Positions 11,961 through 24,300 of a stretch of 64,000 bases of DNA are shown piece by piece. Source of the stretch: Callorhinchus milii (taxonomy: Eukaryota); contig NW_024704743.1 in assembly GCF_018977255.1 (NCBI RefSeq), forward strand, positions 110,858,001-110,922,000, in the 5' to 3' direction. Numbering within the stretch: the stretch's first letter is position 1; each line of letters begins with the position of its first letter. Below the pieces are notes generated by a model, which was given only the letters and a program-made list of their open reading frames with translations, was not told the DNA's origin and ran no database searches. Position numbers and translations under genes: made by a program.

Positions 11961-13254
11961 ACTTCTTTGTGAATTGTATCTATTTAATTCAGGGATTAGA
12001 CAAACTTTTGAAAAGCATTCTGTGGTAAATAAAGACGGTACGTGAGCAAACAGGAATCTTGTGCAAAACATTTAATTTCCAGTTTCTTCAGATTTCAGTG
12101 CCAAGTGAGGCTCAATGGTAGAAACCCCGACGTCATCTCCCTCTCTGCCTTCAAAATAAGAAAATGGTTGCAATGGTCATTATCTCATTGATTCACTTTC
12201 TGTAAAGCTGCAGGTTTTGCGACAATTTCCATAGATTGTACAGCACGGAAACAGGCTACTGGGCCCAATCAGCCAGTGTTTATATTCCATGTGACGCGCC
12301 ACTCACTCCTTACTCCCTCCCATAACCTATTCTTTTCTCCCTCATGTGTATATCTAGCTTCCTCTTAAATGCACTTCGGGAGGTAATTTCAATTGGGGGG
12401 ATTTTCATTGAGAATCACTGACTGCAGTTATTTGGTAATATCATGTGATAGCATATCAGCAATGCCATATCTGGAATGCAAACACCAGACCAGGAAGCTT
12501 ATCTTGAGGCCACTTATTTGGATGTGAGCAGTACGATGACGTCACAAAAGTCATACTGTACACAGAGGGTCCTTCACTAGATTGTCTTTGCGATCTTCGT
12601 TAACCAGACATCAGGAAGGGAATTACCAAAAGCTGGGAACAAAAATGCCTGATTTTCGGTTACATATCCCAGGTTCCGGCAACTGTTATCACCTAGCAAA
12701 GATCAGGAGGAAAACTTGAAAGGGGTCTCAGTTTATCGTCTCATCTAAAGAGCAGCTCCAACAATACAGTGCTCCCCCAGTACTGTATTACAGTGTCAGC
12801 CCCCAAAGTTATCCCAATATCAGGATGTCAAGCTGTCCGTAGGTATTGAACAAGCACTTTGATTAAAAATAAGTGTCTGATTTTTTTTAAAGCTTGATCC
12901 GAAAATTGAGAACTCCAGGCTGCAAAGGTTTATTCATGGCCCAGGTTTCACCAGTTTGAGGCAGTGCATCACTAGCACCACTTCCTACAGCAGCAGGCAG
13001 ATACCACATACATTATATATAAATATATTCCTTATATTTGATATAGTGTCTTATCGTGTCATCAAGATGTCACAGAGCACCTCACAAGGATATATTGTAA
13101 AGTGGTGTGACTGAAGCAGTCGGTTTGCACACAGCAATGTCCCACAAACAACCATGAAGTGAATGTCCAATTTTATTTGGGAGATTGATAATAATAATAA
13201 TCCTTGCATTTGAGTGGTTTGAGTGACAATTATTTTTATATATAGCTAAGAAAG

Positions 13255-13538
13255 CCCGGCAGGGCGAAATGTTGGGCAAGTTTCTTTACTCCATCCACAC
13301 ACTTTTGTTTACCTAGCAGTAAGTAGGTATCCGGTTGTTAGTTGATTGATGGATCGCTTTTCTGGGAATAATACTCAATCCACGACTGTTTATGGGACAC
13401 TGCTGTGCGCAATTGGCTGCTGCATTTCACCCACAAAATATAGTCAGTTCACTTTACAGTATATTCTGTGAAGCGCTTTGAGATGTCTTGAAGATGTGAT
13501 AAGGTGCTGTATCAAATGCAAGGATTATTATTATTATT
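13255..13538 (+). mobile_element. SINE variant with a longer central segment
   Basis: TTGGGCAAGTTTCTTTACTCCA, then an extra GTTTACCTAGCAGTAAGTAGGTATCC segment, then the common tail. Confidence 0.75.
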
Positions 13539-13584
13539 GTTCTGATGTGAATTAGCTTCATTTAACTGCATAACTGCTTGTTTG

Positions 13585-14572
13585 TTTGAGATTGTTTGAG
13601 AATGGGTCAGTTTCCACATGTATGCGAATGTGGAACCCTATCTCTCTGCCTCCATCCTCGACTCCAGGACCATTGTTGTCCTGACAGAATGTCTGTCTGA
13701 CACCAAGTCCTGGATGAGAGCTAAATTTCCACAGTTGAACATCATCAAGACCAAGGCCTTCCTGATAGGTTTCTACCAGTGTCTCCACATCTCAGGCATC
13801 ACCATCCAAGAATCCACCTCACCAGTCTGGAATCTTGGCATCTTGTTTGACCCTCAACTATCCTTTCTACCCCATATTTGTGCCATGACCCGCTCTGCCT
13901 TCCACCACCTCCGTAACATCAGCCAGTTCCGCCACTGTTTCACACCGCGGGCCGCTGAGACGCTCATACACACATTCATAACATCCTGGCTCCACTACGC
14001 AAATGCACTGCTTGTCGGTCTCCCTGTCCATAGATTGCAGACCATCCATAACTCTGCAACACCTGTCCTCTCTCGCACCAGGCTCCCCGACCCTATCACC
14101 CCCCATCCTTGCCCGACACCACTGGCTTCCCATCACACAGAGGTTACAGTTCAAGATCCTGGTCCTCACTTTCAAAGCCCTCCATGGTCTTGCTCCCTTC
14201 TACCTCTGCAACCTTCTAACCCCCTACCAACCTGCCCGCTCCCTCTGCTCAGCAGGCTCCAACCTGCTTCACATCCCTCACCTCGCCCATCACCATTGGC
14301 AGGCGGGCCATCAGCCACTCTGCCCCCACCCTTTGGAACTCCAACCCACAGTCCCTCAACCTCACCCCCTCCCTTGCCTCCTTCAAGACCCGTCTCAAGA
14401 CCCTCCTCTTCGACCGTGCCTTTGATCGCCCTCCTCCCCCCCCCCACCCCGCTCTCCATCCTCCCCGATTCTGATCCCCAGCTCAGGTCTGAAACACTGA
14501 TTGTCCAGTGCCTTGGGACACCCTCCTGATGTGAAAGGTGCTATACAAATGTAATTTTGTTCTTCTTGTTGC
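13585..14572 (+). mobile_element. 5'-truncated L2 LINE
   Basis: FHMYAN, CLSDTKSWMRA, WNLGILFDPQLSF; L2 3' tail. Confidence 0.88.
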
Positions 14573-14679
14573 TGAGATCTTCTTTAATACTATTTAACAT
14601 TCTTGTGGTATTAATGTGCCCATGTAATGTGGTATCACCAGCTAATTTACAAAATATTACAGGATGTGCTCATCTCCAA

Positions 14680-15145
14680 CAACAACAGCAATTTATATAG
14701 TGCCCCTCACACAAGGTAGCGTCCAAGAGTGCTTAGGTTAGAGACTGGCTTAATCAGTAGTAATTATGGCAAATACAACTTTTTAAAAAGAACAAAAGTA
14801 ATCACAGGACAGGAGAGGGACAGCTGGAGGTGGCCATAAGAGCAGTCAAAGAGGTTTTAAGGTGGGGTTTAAAGACATAGAGGGGTGAGACTGAGGCTGT
14901 GGGGAGGGGTGAGAGATAGTTATTTCCAGAATCTAGGTCACGTATTACAGTCTGGGCTTTTGATGGGAGGTCTGATTTGTGAGGCCAACATCAACAAAAT
15001 AGTGCCTTTCACATCGGCAGGACATCCCAAAGCTCTGCACGGTTAAGGGTTTGCACTCGAGCTGGGGGTCGGAATCAAGAGTGTGGAGGGTGGCCAAAAG
15101 CACGATCAAAGAGAAAGGCCTCGAGTTGGGCCTTGAAGGAGGTAA
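14680..15145 (-). mobile_element. Two short degenerate L2 3'-end fragments
   Basis: Reverse tail motifs at ~14690-14735 and ~14990-15040, each followed by purine-rich L2 3' sequence. Confidence 0.55.
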
Positions 15146-15708
15146 GGTGCATGTTTGTTTTTTCTTGATTGTACTTTTGGTTGTTTTTTGTCTAAGAAAT
15201 TCTCAAGGTTACGAGCGATGTGAGCATTACTCAAGTGTTGCCTCCCATCACTCAGGAAAGCTCTACTCCCCTTACTATCATTAATAATATGATGATAATT
15301 CAATGTTGAGTGCTGCTCTGACAGTGAACCTTACTATAATCCAGGATCCATTACCTATTTTTAGTAGGGACTTAGTGTTGAGAAGAATATCCTTGTAATA
15401 AACATAGATGCTCATGTTTTTATAAACATTATTATTAACTGCCTGATGTGTTCTTTCGGAGGAGTCTGTTAAATTTACTTTGTAAGATTTATGACTGCAG
15501 CTCTAAAAGGGGAAGCAAACCCTGATACGTTGCAGGTGTAAGACCTGGGAGATGAGAAAAATTAGCAAAATTCACCCAGTCTGGAACAACGTCCTTCTCT
15601 GCATAGACACAAGGTGCTACTGGGGCTGCAATCGGCACATTTCATAAGAGTATCAGATGAGGAGAACAAGGCTCTTAATACCATGAATTAAGTAACGTCA
15701 TTCCATAC

Positions 15709-15912
15709 GGACAAGCGTTCACGACGACGTTGCTTTTTGATCCTTCCATGTCAGCTCTTCCTATAAGATTATGAAGCAGAATTCACCAAGCTTTGGATTG
15801 TTCACCCACTATTAGGGAACGTGAGCTACTTTAGACAACAGTCTTGACACAAGGTAGTTTTACATAACTAATAATGTGTTAGATTAATAATCCTGCAACA
15901 GGTTTACAACAT
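15709..15912 (+). pseudogene. Degenerate 28S rRNA fragment (3' part of the large-subunit rRNA)
   Basis: CAAGCGTTCA..CGACGTTGCTTTTTGATCCTTC.ATGTC.GCTCTTCCTAT, GAAGCAGAATTCACCAAGC.TTGGATTGTTCACCCACTA.TAGGGAACGTGAGCT and TAATCCTGC match conserved eukaryotic LSU rRNA, with many substitutions and indels. Confidence 0.9.
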
Positions 15913-16832
15913 GGGTGGCCACCACTTGGTCCACTGTGTCGATTGAGATAGAGGCTTTCACATCAGCATGGCGCCTCAAAGCACTTCACAGGATACTGTG
16001 TAAAGTGGGAGTCACTGGGTATTTTGAGGGCAAAAAGTGAAAACTTGTCTGAGTTGATGCCGGTATCTTCATTGGAGCTACCTACTCCATTCGCATTCTT
16101 TGTCCATACCCTAATATAAGAGTTTAATTATGGACTGGATGATATGGATAATTGAACATTATACATTAAGAAATGACCTGAAACATTCCTCTGCATCATC
16201 GGGCTGGTTTGAATCCTTTATACTTCTGGCAAGAAATAATATTGCTTCCTTCCGTCCCTGGCTGTAAATAATGGATTATACGCTCAGTGTTCACTTGGTT
16301 TAGAGGGTATGTCTTGAAGGTCAGACTGAATCTTGGAAATTGCCTGGATATATTATACCAACCTATTATGTCTTGAATTCCAATGACTATAAATAGTAAC
16401 AAGAGTAGTCTCAATCTAATCACTGGTGCACATGTTTTCCCTGCACGATATCCTTCCAATTAGCAATCAAACATAACTGTGCAGTGGAAGTTTGATCTTC
16501 AGTAACAGATTTAGGGTATAGGATTGGATATTTAACTTCGTGCCAGCCTGCGTCGGCCTGAGGTGGTGGAAACGTTTTATTTTTGAGCTCTGGCATTAAC
16601 TTTGAAAAGTTCAATGAAGATTTTCATATTCCATTTTCTATACTATTATGAGAAGTGATCAGGCAAAACAAGTCACTGTTGTGGATTACATAACTATACG
16701 CTGCAGGTTCCAAACAGGATGCTTGCGCTTTAAGAATTTCTAATTGACTTTGTTAAATAATCAATTCTGAAAAGCTGCTCATCAGTGTGTCCCCCAGTCA
16801 GTCCACCCAACAGTCTGTTCTGTGCCCATCTA

Positions 16833-17153
16833 GGAGTCCTGTAGCTCAGTGGTTAGAGCACTCGCTTTGCAAGCGAGAGACCTGAGTTCAATTCCAGGCA
16901 GGTCAGGGAGAAACCTTGGGCAAGTTTCCTTACTCCACACAGAGCCTAATAATAATCCCTCCAAAACAAACAATAATAAATTGGTCATTTTCAATCTACA
17001 ACTGTTTGTGGGACATTGCTGTGCGCAATTGGCTGCCGCGTTCGCACACAAATATAGTCAATTCACTTTACAGTGTGTTCTGTGAAGCGCTTTGGGACGT
17101 CCTCCTGACGTGAAAAGTGCTATATCAAATGTAAGGATTATTATTATTATTAT
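16833..17153 (+). mobile_element. Full-length tRNA-derived SINE (young subfamily)
   Basis: Head GGAGTCCTGTAGCTCAGTGGTTAGAGCACTCGCTTTGCAAGCGAG..GAGTTCAATTCC; L2-like hairpin; (ATT)n. Confidence 0.92.
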
Positions 17154-17635
17154 CAGTCAATCCATCTATTCCCATCATTCTGTTTCTGTTCTAACCAGTC
17201 TGTGCCAATCATTTGGGTTTTCTAATATTTATTCAATATAAATGATCAGACAGCAGGCCATTATCATTAATAATAATCCTCACATTTGCATTTCTCAGGA
17301 CCCAGAAGGTGAGACCACTCAGCCCATTAACCCTACAAGCCAAAGTCATAACGTGTAGGGTGGTTCTAGCTGGACAAGCAGCGGGAAAGCTTGCTAGATA
17401 GCAATATCAATGGCAAGCTATGCGGTGTTGGATGGTTAGACTCCAGCAGTACCCCAATACAAAATCTGGGGTCCCCAAGCCTTGGCTCTTGCCAACCTGA
17501 ACTAAATACTTTCTGGAATTAGGTAAGCAGGATGCATCCCTCTAGGGTGAGTGCACATTCCATTCTAACAATCTATCTCTGGGATTTCCATGTGTAGGTA
17601 GGATACATAGAAATCTCAGCTTGGTTTGCATACAA

Positions 17636-18492
17636 GATTAATTTGTATAGCGCCTTTCACGTCAGGAGGAGGTCCCAAGGTGCTGGACAGTGTACAGCAT
17701 TTCAGACTCGAGCTGGGGTCAGGGGGGAGAAGGGAGGGGAGGTGACCAATGGCATGGTTGAAGAGGAGGGTTTTGAGGTGGAACTTGAAGGAGGCTAACG
17801 AGAGGGCGAGGCAGCGTGATTGGGGGATGGAGTTCAAGAGGTTGGGGGGCAGTGTGGCTGAAGGCTCTCCCGCCAATGGTGGGGTGGGGGAACGTGGAGC
17901 AGACCAGAACCAGCTGAGCGGAGGGAGGGAGCGGGCGGGTTGTTAGGGGGTTAGGAGGTCACAGGGGTAAGTTGGGGCGAGACCATTGAGGGCTTTGTAA
18001 GTGAAGACCAGGATTTTGAACTGGATCCTGTGAAGGATAGGGAGCCAATGGAGTTGGGCAAGAATGGAGATGGGGTCACGGAGTTTGGTGCGGGAGAGGA
18101 CACGGCCTGGGGTTCTAGATTATCTGCAGCCTGTGGAGGGAGGAGTTGGGAAGGCCGACAAGCAGGGCGTTTGCATAGTCGAGCCTGGAGGTGATGAAGG
18201 CATGAAGAGGTTCAGTGGCCTGAGGGGAGAGGTAGTGGCGGTGTTACAGAGGTGAGGGAAGGCAGAGCAGGTCATGGCTTGGATGTGGGGAAGACAGTTG
18301 AGGGTCGAACAAGACACCAAGGTTCCTGACTGGCTTGGTGAGTTGATGCATGGAGGTTGATGCTGCCAGAGCCTGAGGTGCTGAGGTGCTGGCGCGAGCC
18401 AATCAGGAGGGCCTCAGTCTTGTTCACATTCAACTGTAGGAGGTTTGCCCTCATCTAGGACTTGATATCCGACAGGTAGTTTGTCAGGATAC
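17636..18492 (-). mobile_element. 5'-truncated L2 LINE
   Basis: MRANLLQLNVNKTEALLIGS; 3' hairpin at ~17650-17685. Confidence 0.88.
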
Positions 18493-20773
18493 TCTTAAGC
18501 ATGGTGATGGGTTTCCGCATGTGTCAAGACACCCAGCTGACCAAAAAAAATTTTTCAGGATAGGCTCTTAAGCGTAGTTAGTGTCTTTTCTAGTCCAAAC
18601 TGGCAGCCAATGAACACACAGCCATGTCCCACAAACAGCTATGAAATGAGTGAACATTTTTTTCAGGGAGTTTGCTGGGCTTTAATCAACCAGACTTTTA
18701 TAATTAAAAGCAAATAACTAACCAATTTTTAATAATAATCCTCACATTTAATATAGCACCTTATCACATCATTGAAGCATCCCAAACTGCTTCACATGAT
18801 ATACTGTAATGTGACTGAATTTTGTGGGTAGACAAAGACTGGGATACTGTGGTCTATATTATCTTACACAAGAGCAAAGTGCAGTTGCTTTAAGCATTGA
18901 AAGTTCCTGGAGTCCTCGCTGATACTTCTTATAAATTTACTGTGAACAGAATGCTTGAATAAAGCCACTTGCCTGAGGTGTATGTGCTTACTCAAGACAT
19001 GTTTGAAAATACTCATCCTGTTACATTAATATATTGTACCAGAGTGGTCGCTCCCCTCATGATTCCCCCACAGCGAGACCCTGCTCCTCTTGTGGATTAT
19101 CCTCAATCTTCCATTACACAATAGTGTATGTGCTACAGGGAGCCTGAGATAATGGACTTCAAAAATGGCTGGCAGAGTGAAATATAGACAATCTTCATAA
19201 ATGCAGTTGATTTCCTTCCCCACAGCCACACAGTGGAGAGGAAAGAAAGTTCTGCAGAACTGAATGGATTATCACTTCAGAACCAGCTGATAAATTGGAC
19301 AAATCAGATTCTGATGTTAAAACTCGAAAATATCCAGTTACAGAGAAAGCCAGCCTGGTTTAACACATCTCTTGAGTTACATAAAGATATCTGATATGGC
19401 ACACTTTATTGATCTAAATTTTGTGTATTATGGCTCAGTTGCTGAGTTCACTCATTTTACAGAAAATCATGCGAGACATCCTCCCAATGTGAAAAGTCTT
19501 GAAGATATAAGGCGCTGTATCAAATGCAATGATTATTATAAAGCATTCCAATAGGTTTCAAAGCAAACCAGATTCCTGAGGTGCTAATTGAGTGCTGTAA
19601 CATTAATATATTTTATACCAGCATTTTATTCTAGATATTTTCATATCATCCCATAACACTTGGTGTAAAAATGTTGAACTTTTGTTCAATATTTTTAAAC
19701 AGACTAATAAAGCACAATGCTGGTTTATAACCAAATATGTATGAGTGTAATTGTGCTCCAAACATGTTGATGATTTTCTTTTGTTCTTCTGTACATCTTT
19801 CCCCATCTGTACTCAGCCAAAACGGTAGATTACTTTGCACATTTTAGTCAATGATGTTCAGTAAGCAGCTGCAAAGGAAATTACGTGATGGGACTCACCT
19901 TATTCACCGCTCCCCTTTTCACAGATAAAACATGCAGAAATTTCCATGTTACACTTTATAACCAAATTAAAGTTTTGAAACTAATATATTTTTGAGGAAG
20001 TTGAATAACAACTTGCATGTAAATAACACCCTTCATATAGGAAACATCTTGGAGCAGTTCACAAGGGTAGGGTAGGATGCTGAACAAGGGAGAAGGGGGA
20101 AGTTGACCACAAGCATAGTAGAAAAGGCAGAATTCCAGTCATGATAAGAGAGGAAGGTTTTTAAGCCACTAGTTTGACCCTGAAGGATGGTGAGAGACAT
20201 GCTGCAGGTTCGAGTTAGATGAAGGGATAAGCAGAACAGTTTAAGATCACAAACGTAGGGAGGTGCTAGGCCGTAAAATGATTTGTAATAAGAGGGTGAG
20301 GATTCTCATTTGTCTTCTTAAACCACTTTATCCTCTATCACATTATTAAATACAGATCTCTTAGAAAGAGCATTCTTTACACAAAGGGATGCATCCACAT
20401 AGGATCTCAAGAGCTGGAAAGCCTGAAGTCTCAGCTCTAGATAGAGTTTGTTCACTTTGGTCACCAAGATGTAGAATTTTCTAGTATTGCCAATACAATG
20501 AATAAATCTATAAATCTGTGAATAAAATAGAACATAACCTTTGGGGGCGCAAGGGGATCTTATTAAACTGGAGTAAAATGAAGCACATTTCCAAGTGCCT
20601 AGCCAGGTCTTCAAAATGAAACACAAAAACAAATATTTACTACAATTCAATTTAACCTCAAGTGCATGAAGTACACTTCGCTCTGAGCAATAAATATTTT
20701 AATTTCTGTAGGACACCCAATTTATGGTGCACAATATTGTGCAAGGTCAGTAATGTTTATACACAGCTATGCT

Positions 20774-20775
<2 letters not shown>

Positions 20776-20838
<63 letters not shown>
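20776..20838. repeat. Poly-G run (63 nt)
   Basis: Direct count. Confidence 0.95.
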
Positions 20839-20839
<1 letters not shown>

Positions 20840-21399
20840 GTAAATTGGTTGCACATGCATTACAGCAATCATCTCTATTGAACATTGAATACGTTTTCAG
20901 AACAAACTTTTGTTAATTCACAAAATGTTTAATTCATTTCTTCAGAATTTTCCCTCACCTCACTTTTCATAAGTACTGATTTTCTCAGGTTCAGCATGTT
21001 GGGTTTCTGGAATTAAATGACTGACATGACAGAACACCTGTAAAATGCAACTTTTGTGGGAAAAAAAAGTTTTGGTTGAAGTTTTTCGGAAAATAAGTGG
21101 GTGTTCCCAGAAAGAACAAAGGTGATAATCTACAGATATATAAAAATAGAAATAAGTGAACTGAAGAGTCTATTTTTTTTAAAAAAGCAAGTAACTGCAG
21201 TCTCTCAACAACTCTGCCATTTTTTAAAAAAAAATCTGGTTCTGGGATGTGCTGTGTACATCAATCACCATCATAATACCAGCAGCTATCAAAGTTAAAA
21301 GATGGAAATCACAAATTCAACACATCTGTCTGTTAAAATGACATAGTTCTTATTCAACAATGAATCAAGTGAAAAACTGGACTAAAGGTCCAAGACATC

Positions 21400-24300
21400 A
21401 TGAATGAATTGTTCCAACATTTGTATTGAGTTTAGCACAAGCATAGCACCAGTTTAGAGAAGCAAAACTATCACCATTAAGTTGTTGTACAAAAAGAATT
21501 TTACAGTTTACTGTATACAATCTACAAATTGCATAATTGATCATGTATCAATTTACAGGGATCATTTAAATTAATGCCAATACATTTGTGTTAATAATGA
21601 AAATTGTGGTATTGATGGAAGAATGTAAGACTGGAGTATTTTTCATGAAAGCTGAAAATATGATCCTGGATATAGTTTCTTTAAAGGAGATTGAAACAGT
21701 CTTGGGGAAGGCGATTGCTAAATGGTCAAAATGTTCATTGCAGCTTCTAAAAAAAAAAGCTTTGTGGCTCTATACCACTTATTTAACAAACAATGGAGGA
21801 GTAACCTATATTTAGCATAAAAACATTTTAACCTGGATATTTTTTCCTATCTGAAGGTAGGTATTCTGTACGTCAAGATCACCAGCAGTCTTTTTTTTGT
21901 CACGCCAGGCTTATTGCTCCTGGCTAAATTAGAAATCTTGTGCCTTATGAGTGTGCTGTGCATGTGTTTAGTTCTTATTTGCACAACAAACCCATTGACA
22001 GCTCATGAAAGTAACTTTTTTTTAAAAAACATTCTGCTTGGTCTGTTCCACCTTCATGATCTTATCAAAACCAAATACCATTTGGGTTTGATCAGTGGCA
22101 AAAAAATGCTTCAACATAAATAAAACCTAATAAATTGAAACAACAGTAAAAGGCGTATTAAATAAAAGTTTTACAAGAACCAGATAGGGGATGAAAGTTC
22201 AGTGTATTAAACACAAGAAGTTTGGAGTTTAACTTTTTTTTAAAAATGCTAAACATATATTCTTTGCAAACCGGAAAATACAAATTCACTCGAATTTTAC
22301 ATATGCGTGTGCAATAAATACTTCAGCTTTGTAACTCCTGCCATAATCAGGTTAACAAATCTTGTTAGGGCTGTTGGGTTTTGCACAACTACATGGGTTC
22401 TCTGGAATTTGCTAAATTCAGCAAAAGTCTGTGTTTGTTAAAATAAATTCAGAGCAGAAAGCACAGCTACATATAGGTGAATGAAGCGGTGGTCAACCAT
22501 GGTATTACAGTCTCATTCATTTTAAGCTTATTATTGTACTTTCATTATTAATGTGAACTTATTTAAATTGCTAGGGATCTGCTGGGTTAGGTGTAAGAGC
22601 CATAGAATAGGACCCTGAGTTCACTCAGTTGCTGTCCATTTCTGACAAGGGCAAAGGTGAATGCCTGATTCCTCACCGCACTCTGTGACTGACATATTGC
22701 CAGGCATTTCAACTTCTTAACCGGATTTCTCTCTGCACTGTTCTTCCATGGATTCTTTAATTGGATGCATTACCTATAAATGGGTCTTTAAGCCAGTTAA
22801 ATAATACTTTATAGACGCTGTATCCACTTCAGGATAATGCAAAACCGTGGAATAAAAAAATCTAAATTTTGAAATGAATATTTAATTTTCATTATTTTTC
22901 TATTTTTTTTAATGTGGACTGAAATACTGCCCTTATTACTGCCAATGGCCAATAGACATTTTGTACTATGTCCACTTGGAAATTTAATTTTTTTTATCAT
23001 ACCCCATGTGATTCAACTATGAAAGGACAAAGAGAATCCTAGGTTTCCAGTCTTCATATCACTTTGTCCATTTTTTTTATTACTGACCTACTGTAAGGAA
23101 TTGGTAATGTTATCAGGTACAATTTCAAAGATTAGTTCTCAGGTGTGGAAATAATGAGGTTTTGGACTTTGATTAGAAGACTCCATGACCCTAACTATTC
23201 ATTCACACTGTTTAGTGTTGTAATGTCAATCGCAAATGTGATTCCTATTAAGCCTTTGTAAGAGTAAGAAATCATACAAAGTTTTTGAATTAACTCTAAA
23301 TTGAAGAGAGTCCCTGTATAAAGTTTTAAGTTCATTTTTTAAATTATATTACCCTACATTAGCTGAATGAGGTTTAATGATGCATTTAACTCAGAAGATA
23401 AGTCTCAACTTTTCTTTTTAAAACAGCTCAAATATAAAATTATATACCAACAGGCAATATTTTGGTACAGAGGAAGTCAAAAACTCAAAAACTTTAGAAT
23501 TGCTGGACAATGAACTGAGGATTTCTAGGTTCACTACACATGCTCCTGCTCCAGGTTGAGCGATAACACACTGAACAAGTCACACCAACGTCGAGTATGC
23601 AACAACTCTTACATTTGAGGTAAATGTAATTCAAAGTTCATAAGAATGCCACAATTTGATTTAAGACTATTCACAACTTGCAGGAAACCATCATTTCCTT
23701 TCCATAGTGTTTCTATTGAATTTGAACTTAAACCTGCAGATGTAGGACAATCCCCTTGTCCAGCTCACTGAGTCATCTCTCATTTCCCCCGTACAATATA
23801 TGATACATAAATCATCACCTGTTTTATGCTGTCACTATAAACTACAGATATTTATTGTACACAGCAATCTATACAGTGGAAGTTCTTTGTGTTTGAGGAA
23901 TAACTGATAGAAACAGGTATAGGGGCTAACAATTACTATGTTTAAAAGCTTTGAAAAAAATACTTTTCAAAAGCACAGCTTATTAATTTGCCTTATGGAT
24001 AAAGAACAAAATTGCAGTGTTACAAACAGTCAGACTTGCTGCTCACAATATACAATAAAAACTTTGTTTATGGGATTAGACACCGAACTGCCTTAACATA
24101 ACTGTTCCACTGTAACCAGTGGTGGGCAAATCCTCACGTCCCAATCCTTGGCATTATGGCATTCCTAAATCCTATCCCAACCATTTTTCATATTACAGAC
24201 AAGAGATCCAATCTCAATTACACATTATGATGATATGACAGAAAACACCATTTGGCATTTCTGGCTCACTGTAAATTAGCTCAAATTCAAACTAAAAACA

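Noticed and set aside
16833..16905. tRNA-Ala-like gene (also at 5214, 33227, 48925, 62880)
   Set aside because: These are SINE heads. They continue into a shared body and (ATT)n tail and lack a proper acceptor stem and terminator.
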